64,000 bases of DNA from an uncultured Chloroflexia bacterium. GTDB lineage: Bacteria; Chloroflexota; Anaerolineae; CG2-30-64-16. The DNA lies in contig CAWEMM010000002.1 in the NCBI GenBank assembly GCA_963810095.1, positions 128,001 through 192,000 of the forward strand, given 5' to 3'. Made by a program: the position numbers and the translations under genes. The notes beneath the pieces are model-generated. The model was not told the origin of the DNA, ran no database searches, and saw only the letters and a list, made by a program, of their open reading frames with translations. The stretch's first letter is position 1. Every line of letters starts with the position of its first letter. Shown piece after piece: positions 41,137 to 51,434 of the stretch.

Positions 41137-42525
41137 ATGTCTCGGCGATTCAGCATTCTGTTCGTGCTGCTGGTTCTGTCCAGCCTCGTCCTCGCCGCCT
41201 GTGGCGGCGGTGGCGCTCAAACCGCTCCGACGGCTGCCCCGGTTGCGACCGCGGCCCCGGTTGCCACTGAGGCTCCGAAGGCCACTGAGGCTCCTGCGGC
41301 GACCGCTGCCCCGGCCGCCACTGAGGCTCCGAAGGCCACCGAAGCTCCTGCAGCGACGGAAGCCCCGGCCGCCACGACCGCCCCGGCCAGCGGCGAGGCC
41401 AAGACCATCACCATCTGGCACCAGTGGGATGGCAAGTACCTCGACGCGATCACGGCTGCGTTCAAGGACTACGAAGCCGCGCATCCTGGCATCAAGATCG
41501 ACCTCTCCAAGCCTGACGATGTCGCGAACGCGCTCCAGGTCGCCATTCCGGCCGGCCAGGGCCCCGACATCATCGGCTGGGCGAATGACAAGATCGGCAC
41601 CCTCGCGCTGAACGGCAACATCGCCGAACTCGGCACGCTCGGCGTCGACCAGGCGTTCCTCGACAGCACCTTTGAGCCGGCCGCGGTCAAGGGCGTCGTG
41701 TGGCAGGACAAGATCTGGGCCCTGCCCGAGAGCCAGGAAGGCATCGCGCTGGTCTACAACAAGGACCTCGTGACCGACAAGTACCTGCCCACCGACCTGA
41801 AGGACCTGCTGGCCAAGGCCGAGCAGTTCCAGAAGGACAACCCCGGCAAGGTGCTCGTCTGCAACCAGGGCTTCGGCGCCTCGGATGCGTACCACGTGGC
41901 CCCGGTCTACTTCGGCTCGGGCATGCCCACGTACGTCGACGACCAGGGCAAGGTCTTCATGGACACCCCGGAAGGCATCGCCGGCGCCACCTGGCTCAAG
42001 GACATGAGCAAGTTCTCCCTCAAGGAGAACAGCTATGACATCTGCAACGCCGCGCTGAAAGAAGGCAAGGTGGGTGCATGGTGGACCGGCCCGTGGGCCA
42101 TCGCCGGCGTCGAAGAGAACAAGGTCAACTACGGCATCCTGTCGGTTGGCAAGCCTTTCGTCGGCATCAAGACCCTCATGATCAGCAAGAATGCGGTTGA
42201 CCGCGGCACCGCCGAGACGGCTCTCGACATCATGAAGTACTTCACCAGCACGGACGTGGAGACGAAGCTCGCCCTGGCGAACAAGACCATCCCGTCGAAC
42301 ACCGCTGCGCTGAAGGATCCTGAGGTCCAGAAGCTGAACACCATCGCCGGCTTCGGCCAGGCGCTGAGCGTGGGCGTGCCCATGGCGAACACCCCGTACG
42401 CCGATGCCCAGTGGCAGCCGGTGGGCGATGCGAGCGCCGCCGTTTGGAACGGCGCCCAGACCCCTGAAGAGGCCATGAAGGCCGCACAGCAGGCAATCGA
42501 GGCCAAGGTTAAGGAAATGCAGTAA
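41137..42525 (+). CDS. Maltose/maltodextrin-type ABC solute-binding lipoprotein
   Basis: SD AAGGAG; lipobox LAAC; ATEAP repeat linker; AGQGPDIIGWANDKIG, IWALPES..LVYNKDL, GPWAI, PFVG. Confidence 0.92.
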   Translation: MSRRFSILFVLLVLSSLVLAACGGGGAQTAPTAAPVATAAPVATEAPKATEAPAATAAPAATEAPKATEAPAATEAPAATTAPASGEAKTITIWHQWDGKYLDAITAAFKDYEAAHPGIKIDLSKPDDVANALQVAIPAGQGPDIIGWANDKIGTLALNGNIAELGTLGVDQAFLDSTFEPAAVKGVVWQDKIWALPESQEGIALVYNKDLVTDKYLPTDLKDLLAKAEQFQKDNPGKVLVCNQGFGASDAYHVAPVYFGSGMPTYVDDQGKVFMDTPEGIAGATWLKDMSKFSLKENSYDICNAALKEGKVGAWWTGPWAIAGVEENKVNYGILSVGKPFVGIKTLMISKNAVDRGTAETALDIMKYFTSTDVETKLALANKTIPSNTAALKDPEVQKLNTIAGFGQALSVGVPMANTPYADAQWQPVGDASAAVWNGAQTPEEAMKAAQQAIEAKVKEMQ

Positions 42526-42539
42526 CCCTAGGCTGATGT

Positions 42540-42578
42540 AAGGGCGGCAAAGTCATCGACTTTGCCGCCCTTCTTCTA
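42540..42578 (+). terminator. Hairpin after the SBP gene (terminator or mRNA-stabilising stem)
   Basis: AAGGGCGGCAAAGTC-ATC-GACTTTGCCGCCCTT followed by CTTCT. Confidence 0.75.
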
Positions 42579-42628
42579 CATCTGACTGCCTCACGCCTCG
42601 CGCCACCTCGCACGGAAGGGAGTCAACC

Positions 42629-43840
42629 ATGATCAACTGGTCCGCGCGCCGTAAAGCGGCGACGATCCTCCTCTTCACCGGACCGATGCTCCTCGGTCTG
42701 CTCATCTTCAATGTCTACCCCATCGCCTTCAGCTTCTTTATCTCGCTCACGAACCGCAACCGGTTCCGCCCGTTCCCCAACTGCGACATGACGATCAACA
42801 GGATCCTGGAGCCGACCTGTTGGGGGATCAGCAAGCCGCAAACCGGCCTGGGCCAAAAATACAGCATTGCAAATCCCATCTTTGCCAACTACGCGGATTT
42901 ACTCGGCCAGTTCTTCGCCCCCACGTCCCTGATTAACCTGGTCAAAATCCTCGCCGTCTTCATTCCGCTGATCATTGCCTGGCAAGTCAACAAGCGGATG
43001 GGTAAGGGGCTTACGCGGTCGATCCCTGCCTGGGCCATCTGGTTAGCCGGGTTGCTGGGGTTGCTGGCAGTGGCGGCCCTCGTCAACCTGCCGGTGGCTT
43101 ATCGGACGCTCATCAACTCGGGCGACTTCGTTTCTGTGATCGTGCAAACCGTCCTCTACGTGGCGATTCGCGTGCCGCTGACCCTGGTCCTGGCCATGCT
43201 GCTGGCATTGGTGCTCAACACGAACGTGCCGGGCCGCACCTTCTTCAGGGTGCTCCTGTTTGTTCCGTGGGCGGCCTCCTCGTTGTCGATCCTGATCGCG
43301 CTGATTTGGCAGTTCTTCTTCCGCCAGCAGGGCACCATCAATCAGCTCTTGCACGCGGTCTTCGGTATCAACGGTCCCGCTTATCTCAACATGGACTGGT
43401 GGGCGTTCACGGCGATCGTCATCGCGGATATATGGTTCTCGTATCCCTTCTTGATGATCATCATCCTGGGCGCGTTGCAGTCGATCCCGCTCGACCAGTA
43501 CGAGGCGGCCGAAATCGACGGCGCTTCCTGGAGCGCGCAGTTCAGGAACATTACGCTGCCGCTGCTGCGCCCGGCGATCCTGCCCGCGATCGTGTTGACC
43601 TCGATCACGGCGTTCCAGATGTTCGGCACCGCGTATGCCATGACGGCCGGCGGCCCCACCAAGGGTGCGGGCAAGCCCGGGTTCACCGAGTTCGTCATGG
43701 TGTACGCGTACAAGCAGGTCTTCCAGACGCAGAACTACGGCAAGATGGGCGCTTTCGCGGTGATCATCTTCATCTTGCTCTTCGCCGCCACGCTCTACAG
43801 CCTCCGCATCACCCGCATCACGAAAGGAGCCTACGAATGA
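42629..43840 (+). CDS. Carbohydrate ABC transporter permease (MalF-like)
   Basis: LGALQSIPLDQYEAAEIDGAS..FRNITLPLL (EAA motif). Confidence 0.93.
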   Translation: MINWSARRKAATILLFTGPMLLGLLIFNVYPIAFSFFISLTNRNRFRPFPNCDMTINRILEPTCWGISKPQTGLGQKYSIANPIFANYADLLGQFFAPTSLINLVKILAVFIPLIIAWQVNKRMGKGLTRSIPAWAIWLAGLLGLLAVAALVNLPVAYRTLINSGDFVSVIVQTVLYVAIRVPLTLVLAMLLALVLNTNVPGRTFFRVLLFVPWAASSLSILIALIWQFFFRQQGTINQLLHAVFGINGPAYLNMDWWAFTAIVIADIWFSYPFLMIIILGALQSIPLDQYEAAEIDGASWSAQFRNITLPLLRPAILPAIVLTSITAFQMFGTAYAMTAGGPTKGAGKPGFTEFVMVYAYKQVFQTQNYGKMGAFAVIIFILLFAATLYSLRITRITKGAYE

Positions 43841-44682
43841 AACGACGCACCAGTCCCGGCGTACGGATCCTTCAATACGTGGTGTTGGCCCTGGCAGCCC
43901 TGTTTGCCTTCTACCCGGTTTGGTTCGCAATCCTCGCGTCCGGCCGCCTGGGCAGCCGGCTCTATACGCTTAACCTGCCCGGTATGTTCTTTCCGACTGA
44001 ATGGACGTTCGAAAACTACCGCGCCATGCTGTTCGACAAGCCGTTCCTCACCTGGCTGAAGAACAGCCTCATGGTCGCGGCCATCACCATGGGGACGTCC
44101 ATGTTGGTGGCGACCTCGGCGGGCTTTGCGTTCTCACGCTTCCGCTTCCGGGGCCGGGAGATCGGCCTGATCTTCTTCCTCGCGCTCCAGGCGTTCCCCG
44201 GCGTCCTGGCGCTGATCCCGGTGGCGCAACTGCTGGCGGCGCTTGGTCTGTACGGCTCGAAGCTCGGCCTGGTGTTTGCCTACACGACCGGCACCCTGAT
44301 CTTCTGCACTTGGAACCTCAAGGGGTATTTTGACACCATTCCCATAGATCTCGAGGAGGCAGGCATGATCGACGGCGCGGGCCCGGTCCAGTCCTTCCTC
44401 CTCATCGCGCTGCCGTTGGCCCGGCCCGCGCTGGCCGTGACTGCGCTCTTTGCGTTCCTGGCCGGCTGGAGCGACTTCGTGTTCGCGTCGGTGCTCGTGC
44501 CCGCGCCCGATACGGCCAAGATGCTCGTCCCCGGCATGTACAGCCTGGCGAACAGCCAGAGCGTACCCTGGGGTTACTTCGCGGCGGGCGCCGTCATGAT
44601 CATCATCCCGGTGGCCGCGCTGTTCCTGTACCTGCAGCGCTTCTTCGAGTCTGGCCTCACGCTCGGCGGCGTGAAGGGTTAG
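43837..44682 (+). CDS. Carbohydrate ABC transporter permease (MalG-like)
   Basis: ATGA overlap; FSRFRFRGR, LKGYFDTIPIDLEEAGMIDGA, GLTLGGVKG. Confidence 0.93.
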   Translation: MKRRTSPGVRILQYVVLALAALFAFYPVWFAILASGRLGSRLYTLNLPGMFFPTEWTFENYRAMLFDKPFLTWLKNSLMVAAITMGTSMLVATSAGFAFSRFRFRGREIGLIFFLALQAFPGVLALIPVAQLLAALGLYGSKLGLVFAYTTGTLIFCTWNLKGYFDTIPIDLEEAGMIDGAGPVQSFLLIALPLARPALAVTALFAFLAGWSDFVFASVLVPAPDTAKMLVPGMYSLANSQSVPWGYFAAGAVMIIIPVAALFLYLQRFFESGLTLGGVKG

Positions 44683-44689
44683 CTCTCAC

Positions 44690-44747
44690 CACAGAGACAC
44701 AAAGGCACGAAGGAACACGAGCGAAGTTGGGCCTTTGTGTCTTTGTG
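44690..44747. repeat. 9-nt periodic hairpin (CACAGAGACACAAAGGC/GCCTTTGTGTCTTTGTG)
   Basis: 17-bp stem with one G-U pair directly after the permease stop; same style as 37108 and the 14051 array. Confidence 0.7.
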
Positions 44748-44777
44748 TTTAAGGGACCGGTAGTATACTCACCCGTG

Positions 44778-46884
44778 ATGAGACTGCTGCATTCGACGCG
44801 CTTCTGGATTGTTCTCGCCATCGTCTCCCTGACGGCGGTGCTGCACCTGTATGCCGTGACGCGGCTGCCGCTTGACTTTGACGAGCCCGACTACGTCCAG
44901 GCGGGCTACGGCTATGCGGCCGCGCTCAAGGCAGGCGACGTCGGCCGCGTCATCGACTACTCGTTCAACCCCGAACATCCCCCACTGGTTAAGCTGACCT
45001 ACGGCCTGGGGATCCTGGCGCTGGGTGAGAAAGCGAACCTCGCCGGCGCACTTTACGCCGCGCGGCTCATCTCCGCGATCTTCGGGGTGCTGGCCGTGTT
45101 GATCCTGGCACTGGTCGACCCGCTGGCGGGCGGGCTGTTCGCGGTGCATACGCTCTTTATCAAGTACACCAGCCAGGCCTATCTCGAAGCGCTCCCGCTC
45201 TTTGCCGGGTTGGCGGCCGTGCTCGCCCTGACCCGGTGGCGCGGCGGCCGTGACAAGTGGTTGTGGCTCTCTGCCATCGCACTCGGCATGACCGCGGCCG
45301 GCAAGTTCACCTACTTCCCCGTCATCTTCCCGATCGTCTACCTGCTGTTTCGCCGGCGGCCTCGCTGGAGAGACGTGCTGATCTATCTCGGAGCCGGCGT
45401 CGCCACTTTCCTCGCACTCAATCCCCGGCTCTGGCATGATCCGCTTGGGCGGTTCGCCGACATGCTCCTGTTTCACGTCCGCTATTCGCAAGGGTACAAC
45501 GTCCAGCGCTCCGGCTATCCCTGGTACCAGCCCTTCCTTTGGCTGTCGCGGCCCGTGCCGTGGCACCCCCAGGTCTTCTTCTACGGTGGACTTGACGCGG
45601 TCGTATTCTGGCTGGCGGCGGCCGGCGCATACCTCGAACGCCGCGCGCGGCCTTGGGTCACCGTTTGGCTGATCGGCGGCATCGTCGTGCTGCTGCTCTG
45701 GCCCACAAAGTGGCCCCAGTACACCCTGGTGCTGGTCCCGCCGCTCTGTCTCGCGGCGGCGACGGCGCTCCGGGCGCTGTGGCGCCTGGTGCTGAACTGG
45801 GAGGACCGCTGGAGCTGGGTGCGCTCGATCTTCCCTGCGCCGGGCCGGTCCTTCTGGATCGTGGCCGGGTTGATCGTCGCGGCATTCCTCGTCGGGATGA
45901 CGCTCAACTCCATTCGCACCGCGGTCATGGGCCTGCCCTGGTCGCACCTGACCGCCGAAACCACACCGCTCCCTGGCAACACCGTGCACCGCATTCTGAG
46001 GCTGCAGGACGGCCGGATGGCGGTAGCCACGGATCATGGGCTGGCGCTGTGGACGCCGGAAGCCGCCACCGACGTGCCCGACCGGTGGGACGTGTTTACG
46101 ACGGGAGCGGGGCAACTGCCGGGCGACGTCGTCCTGGCGCTGGCCGAGGACAAGGACGCGGGCCTGTGGGCGGGGACGGTGGGCGGGCTGGCTCATTTCG
46201 ACGGCACTCGGTGGCAATCTTTCGCCCCGGCCAGCCTGGGCCTTAAGGGCAACCGGGTTAACGCGCTCGGCCTGGATAGTGCCGGCCGGCTGTGGGCCGG
46301 CACCGAAGGGGGCGCCGCGGTCTTTGACGGTGCGACCTGGCAAACGTACACGGCGGCAACCTCGGGCCTGGCATCGGACTACATCCTTTCACTCGCCGTC
46401 GAGCCGCGACCTACCGGCGACGTGGTCTGGTTCGGGCTCATGGACCGCATCAGCCGGCTGGACACGACGACGGGCGAGTGGACCACGATTTCGGCCCCAG
46501 AGGCGCAGCTTGGGGCCCGGCGGGATCGGCTGGCTGTACCTCGATCGTGCCGGCCGGTTATGGGCGTGTTCCCTCGGGGGCGGCATGAGCCGCTGGGATG
46601 GGAGCTCGTGGACCGGCTTCCGCACGAGCAACTCGGGCATTCCAAACGAGACCGTACAGACCGTTTTCGAGAGCCCCTCTGGCGTCATGTGGGTTGGCAC
46701 GGCGCCGCCTTTCATCGCCGGGGGCACCCTGTCGGCCTTCGACGGCGAGAAGTGGCAGCATTACACGAGCGAAAACTCAGGGTATTCAGGCGCCGAACCC
46801 CTGACCATCGCCGAGGACGCCGAAGGGAAGCTGTGGATCGGCACGCAAACTGCCGGTATTGACATCTTGCGGCCGGAACGTTAG
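44778..46884 (+). CDS. GT-C / PMT-like (GT39/ArnT-like) glycosyltransferase fused to a two-component-regulator-type beta-propeller, frameshift near 46520
   Basis: LDFDEPDY..NPEHPPLVK, GMTAAGKF, many TMs; then repeats LAEDKDAGLWAGTVGGL, LDSAGRLWAGTEGG, IAEDAEGKLWIGT. Confidence 0.8.
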
Positions 46885-46970
46885 TCCCAGTCGGCGAGAA
46901 CCGGATCGCGCGTGGACGCTGCCCGAGCGCCGGGGTGGTGGAGCACACTTTTTGATTGGAGTTGGGGTAG

Positions 46971-48588
46971 ATGGAAGAGTTCACGTTTGGGACGGTTGCG
47001 ACGGACGAACTGAAATTGCTGCACCACCGGGCCGCCCGTCACGGGATACAGCACGACCACATGCTGTCGCCATACGACCCGGCACCCGGCGCCGCGGTGA
47101 CCGTGGCAGTCCGCCTCGGGCCAGACTTGAATGCTGACCGCGTGGCCTGCTACTACACTACAGACGGCACGGATCCGGTGGGCAGGTACGGCGTGGCAGC
47201 CAATGGCAGCGCCGTCGCGCTGACGCGGGCCGACACCACGTGGGACACGCTAACGTGGGGATATCTTGTTCGCTGGCAGGGCGAGATTCCGGGCCAGCCG
47301 TCTGGCGTGCAGGTGCGCTATCGCATCGGTGCATGGTCGGAAGGAGGACCGGAAATCTTCGCCGACGCGCCCACGGTGCTGGACGTCCTGGAGAAAGCCT
47401 CCACCGCGTTCTTTCAGGGCAAGCCTCTCCCTGCGATGATGGAAGCGCGGCCGGGCCGGGGCAGCGTCTTCAGCTACTTCAGCGACCCCATCGGCCCGCC
47501 CGACTGGGCGCGGCAGGCCATCATCTACCAGATCTTCGTGGACCGCTTCTCGCCCGGCGTGGGCCGCGACTGGCTCCAGACGACAAACCTGCGCACGGCC
47601 ATGGGCGGCACGCTGTGGGGCGTGCGTGACCATCTCGACCACATTTCCGAGTTGGGCGCTAACTGCCTGTGGCTCACCCCCATCTTCACCAGCAACACGC
47701 ACCATGGCTACGATGCGCTCGACCTGATGCGGGTGGAGCCGCGCTTCGGCGGAGAAGAGGCGCTCCGCGCCGTGATCGACGGCGCACACGAGCGCGGTAT
47801 CCGCGTGATTCTCGACATCGCGCTCAACCATATCTCGCACCAGCACCCCATCTTTCTCTCCGCTGCCGGCGGCCCGGAGAGTGCGTATCGCGATTGGTTC
47901 ACGTTCGACGATTCCCCGATTGGCTACCGCACCTTCGCCGAAGTCCGCTCGATGCCGCAAGTAAACGTGGCAAATGCAGACGCCCGGCGCTGGCTGATCG
48001 ACATCGGGAGATTCTGGCTGGAAGAGTTCGGCGTGGACGGCTACCGCCTGGACTACGCCAACGGGCCGGGCCCAGACTTCTGGGGCGAGTTCACGAGGGC
48101 GGTGAAAGCCGTGCGGCCTGACTGCTTCTGCTTCGGCGAGATCATCGAGACGCCGGACCACATGCGGCAGTACGTGGGCCGGCTGGATGGCTGCCTGGAC
48201 TTTCACGTGTGCGAGATGCTCCGGCGGACGTTCGCGTTGGGCACCCGCTCGGAAGATGACCTGGCGCGTTTCCTCGAGCGGCACGCCGCTTATTTCCCAT
48301 CCAACTTCGTGATGCCCACCTTCGTCGACAATCACGACATGGACCGTTTTCTCTTCGTGGCGAAGGGCGACAAGGAAGCGCTGCGCCGGGCGGTGAGCGT
48401 CCAGATGCGGCTGCCCGGTCCGCCCGTCATTTACTACGGCACGGAGGTCGGGCTCGAGCAGACGGTGTCGAAGACCCCTGCGCTGGGCCTGGACGTTTGC
48501 CGTGTGCCGATGGAATGGGGCGGTGGACAAGACCGCGGATCTGTTCGCGTTTTACCGGGAGCAGATCAGGGAGCGACAGGCGCGGTAG
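46971..48588 (+). CDS. GH13 alpha-amylase family (neopullulanase/cyclomaltodextrinase-like); true stop behind a frameshift near 48535
   Basis: IYQIFVDRF, LWLTPIF..HHGYD, VDGYRLDYA, FGEI, FVDNHDMDRF, YYGTEVG; alternate frame ends DLFAFYREQIRERQAR*. Confidence 0.92.
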
Positions 48589-48589
48589 G

Positions 48590-48780
48590 ATCTGGAACGC
48601 GAGGGCGCGAAGGTGGGCAAGGGCGCGAAGCGCGAAGGTTGGAACGACAAGGGCGCGAAGCGCGAAGGCGCCAGCAAGGCTGGCGTGGGCGAAGAACGCA
48701 CGCCGGCTCGGTAGCCTTCGTGCTTCGCGTTTTCGCTGCGCTTCGTGGCTTCGTGTTCCAACCGTCTTGCGCGAAATCCT
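48590..48780. repeat. Dispersed inverted homolog of the 14051 hairpin unit
   Basis: GAAGAACGCACG...CCTTCGTGCTTCGCG..CGCTTCGTGGCTTCGTGTTCCAA matches the reverse complement of the array unit; the left arm has a local duplication. Confidence 0.88.
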
Positions 48781-48807
48781 ACTTCACGCTCGCTCACCGT
48801 CGAGGCT

Positions 48808-48836
48808 TTGCGCTACGCTTGTGGGGGTGCTAGAAT
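48808..48836 (+). promoter_or_regulatory. Sigma70-type promoter, probably leaderless transcript for the GNAT gene
   Basis: TTGCGC, 17 bp, TAGAAT with TG extension; ATG follows 6 nt later; no SD. Confidence 0.7.
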
Positions 48837-48842
48837 TCCGCC

Positions 48843-49370
48843 ATGCACATCTATCGCGCCGACTTACGCGACCTGGCCGGCTGCCTCCAACTCGACGGCT
48901 CATACGAGACGGAGTTTGTCTGGCAGATTACCCAGCAGCAGGAAGCCGGACAGGTCGTGACGCGCTTCGCGCAGGCACGGCTGCCGCGGCCAATGCAGGT
49001 GCAGTATCCGGGCTGGAGCGAGGCGCTGCTTGCGCACCAACAGCGGGGAGACCTGATCCTGGTGGCCGCCGCCGCAATGCAAGTGCATGGCTATATCGAC
49101 CAGGAAACCCAGCCCGACCAGGGCGTCGCTTGGGTTCATCACCTTGTCATCGCGCCCGAACACCGGCGCCAGGGAGTAGGCTCGGCACTGCTCGCCCGCG
49201 GCCTCCAGCATGCCCGGCAGCAAGGGCTGGCGCAGCTCATGACGGCCGTGCAGAGCAAAAACTATCCGGCGATCCAATTCCTGCAGAAGCACGCTTTCAA
49301 GTTCTGTGGGTACAACGAGCGGTATTACCGTAGCAGAGATATCGCACTGTATTTCGCACGCATGTCGTAG
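48843..49370 (+). CDS. GNAT family N-acetyltransferase
   Basis: LVIAPEHRRQGVGSALL, QSKNYPAIQFLQKHAFKFCGYNERYY. Confidence 0.92.
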   Translation: MHIYRADLRDLAGCLQLDGSYETEFVWQITQQQEAGQVVTRFAQARLPRPMQVQYPGWSEALLAHQQRGDLILVAAAAMQVHGYIDQETQPDQGVAWVHHLVIAPEHRRQGVGSALLARGLQHARQQGLAQLMTAVQSKNYPAIQFLQKHAFKFCGYNERYYRSRDIALYFARMS

Positions 49371-49376
49371 GGTGAA

Positions 49377-51356
49377 ATGATTGAGTCCTCGGGCCTCACT
49401 TGGCCCGTGATCCTGGCGTTCGCCAACCTCCTTTTGTCCTCGGCCATCGTCATCACTGCCTTTTCGCTTCTCGGGTTCATGCTGACCCGGAACCTGCGGA
49501 GTGCGGTGGCCCAGACGTTTAGCATACTTCTGACTTGCGTCCTGATTGTTTTTGCCATCGATATCATCGTGCCCCGGGTCGAGAGCGCGCACGCCGCGAG
49601 CGTCTGGATGCGCTTGCAGTGGATTGGGATTGGCTTGGTGCCGGCAGGCTACCTGCACTTCTCGGATGCGGTGCTGCGGACGACCGGGCATTGGTCGCTC
49701 CGTCGCCGGGCGGTGGTGATCGCGAGCTACCTCTTCAGCGGCACGCTCGTGTTGATGGCGCTGTTCACGAACCTGGTGGTGCGCGCCGCGCCGCTGACCG
49801 CACCCGTCACATCCCTTGAGCCCGGGCCCCTCTTCCCACTGTTCGTGGCCTACTTCGTCGCCACGGCCGTCTACGGTGGCTACAACGTCTATCGCGCCCG
49901 GCGCCGCTGCCTTACGCCCACTTCCCGCCGGCGCATGACCTATCTGACCGTGTCCTTCGCAGCGCCCGGCCTGGGCGTCTTCCCTTACTTGCTGACGCTC
50001 GGCGCAGCGGATACGCCCCCGCTCCCACTGGTGCTGCTGATCTCGCTCGTGGCGAACTTCGCCGTCGGGACGATGCTGGTGGTGATGGCCTACGCGGTGA
50101 CCTATCTCGGTGTACTGTCGCCCGAACGTGTCATCAAGCATGACCTGGCGCACTATCTGCTGCGCGGGCCGGTGGTCGGCACGGTGGTGATCGTGGTGAT
50201 GCTGGTCATCCCCCGGGTCGAGCTCATTCTCGGCCTGCCGCGTGAGACCGCGCTCATCTTTGCCGTAGTCGGCGTCATGGTGCTGGGTCAGCTTGCCGTT
50301 AACCTCGCGAAGCCCTGGATCGACCGCTTGCTCTATCCGGAGGACCGGGAGGAAATCGCGTGGATTCAAACGCTCGACCAGCGGCTGCTGACCTCGGGCG
50401 AGGTGCGCCAGTTTCTGACCAACATCCTGATCAGCCTGTGCGATATGATGCGCGTGCCCAATGGTTTCGTGATGGTGCAGACCGACGACGGGCTGCGGGT
50501 AGAGGCGGTGGCCGGCGACGCGCATATGCCCGCGGCTTATGTCGGCAGCCCGGCCGCGGCCGAGATCTGGCAGAGCTTTGCCCGGAACGGCGCGGGCAAT
50601 GGCGCGGATGAGGAAGCCGGCGATAATACGGGGCAGGCGACCTTCTACCCGGACACAGGGTTTTGGTTTTGTCCCTTGCGCAGCCAGGACGGCGCCCGGC
50701 TGCTGGGCCTGCTCGCCGTGGTGGCCCGCACGCCGGACGTGCAGATGGACGAGGACGAGCGGGCCGAGGCAGAGGCCCTGCTGATGCAGGCGGGCGCCGC
50801 GGTGGCAGACCGGTATGTGCAAGAAGGGGTGTTCGCCACGCTGCAGACCATCCTCCCCGACCTCGAGCGGATCCAGGAGTGGCGGAGCGTGGTGCGCTAC
50901 GCGTCGCCCCTGCCGCCAGCCGAGTATGTGACGTCGGAGGCCCCCGAGGATACGCAGCAGCTCCTGGCGCAGACCACGTGGCAGCAATGGGTCAAGGACG
51001 CGCTCAGCCATTATTGGGGCGGACCGAAGCTGACCGAGAGCCCGCTCATGGACCTGCGGCTCGTGCGGCGCAGGCTGAAGGCGGTCGACGGCAATCTGAC
51101 GGCGGCCTTGCGAGCGGTGCTCCAGGAAGCCATCGAACGGCAACGGCCGCCCGGCGATCGCAAGCTTAACGCATCCGAGTGGTTGGTGTACAATATCCTC
51201 GATCTGCGGTTTGTTCAGGGTCAGCGCGTCTTGGATATCTCGCGGCGGTTATCTATGAGTGAATCAGATCTTTATCGCAAGCAGCGCGTGGCAGTCGCGG
51301 CGGTGGCACGGACCCTCGCCGAGATGGAAGCCAGCCTCGACGGTGACGCTGACTGA
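49377..51356 (+). CDS. HisKA_7TM-like N-terminal membrane sensor with a C-terminal HTH-like domain and no kinase core
   Basis: About 9 TM segments; no H-box or N/G1/G2 boxes seen; C-terminus NILDLRFVQGQRVLDISRRLSMSESDLYRKQR resembles a sigma region-4 HTH. Confidence 0.75.
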   Translation: MIESSGLTWPVILAFANLLLSSAIVITAFSLLGFMLTRNLRSAVAQTFSILLTCVLIVFAIDIIVPRVESAHAASVWMRLQWIGIGLVPAGYLHFSDAVLRTTGHWSLRRRAVVIASYLFSGTLVLMALFTNLVVRAAPLTAPVTSLEPGPLFPLFVAYFVATAVYGGYNVYRARRRCLTPTSRRRMTYLTVSFAAPGLGVFPYLLTLGAADTPPLPLVLLISLVANFAVGTMLVVMAYAVTYLGVLSPERVIKHDLAHYLLRGPVVGTVVIVVMLVIPRVELILGLPRETALIFAVVGVMVLGQLAVNLAKPWIDRLLYPEDREEIAWIQTLDQRLLTSGEVRQFLTNILISLCDMMRVPNGFVMVQTDDGLRVEAVAGDAHMPAAYVGSPAAAEIWQSFARNGAGNGADEEAGDNTGQATFYPDTGFWFCPLRSQDGARLLGLLAVVARTPDVQMDEDERAEAEALLMQAGAAVADRYVQEGVFATLQTILPDLERIQEWRSVVRYASPLPPAEYVTSEAPEDTQQLLAQTTWQQWVKDALSHYWGGPKLTESPLMDLRLVRRRLKAVDGNLTAALRAVLQEAIERQRPPGDRKLNASEWLVYNILDLRFVQGQRVLDISRRLSMSESDLYRKQRVAVAAVARTLAEMEASLDGDAD

Positions 51357-51434
51357 AGAGGGCGTTGGAACGACGGACCGGCTGGAGCAGTTTGTCCGGT
51401 GAAGGCGAAATAACAGCTTATAGGAGCAATCGAG

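Noticed and set aside
41220-41390. DNA tandem repeat in the SBP gene
   Set aside because: Encodes an ordinary ATEAP/ATAAP lipoprotein linker
48536-48833. Arg-rich C-terminal extension of the alpha-amylase
   Set aside because: Artefact of a frameshift reading into the repeat; the natural stop is at 48586-48588 in the adjacent frame
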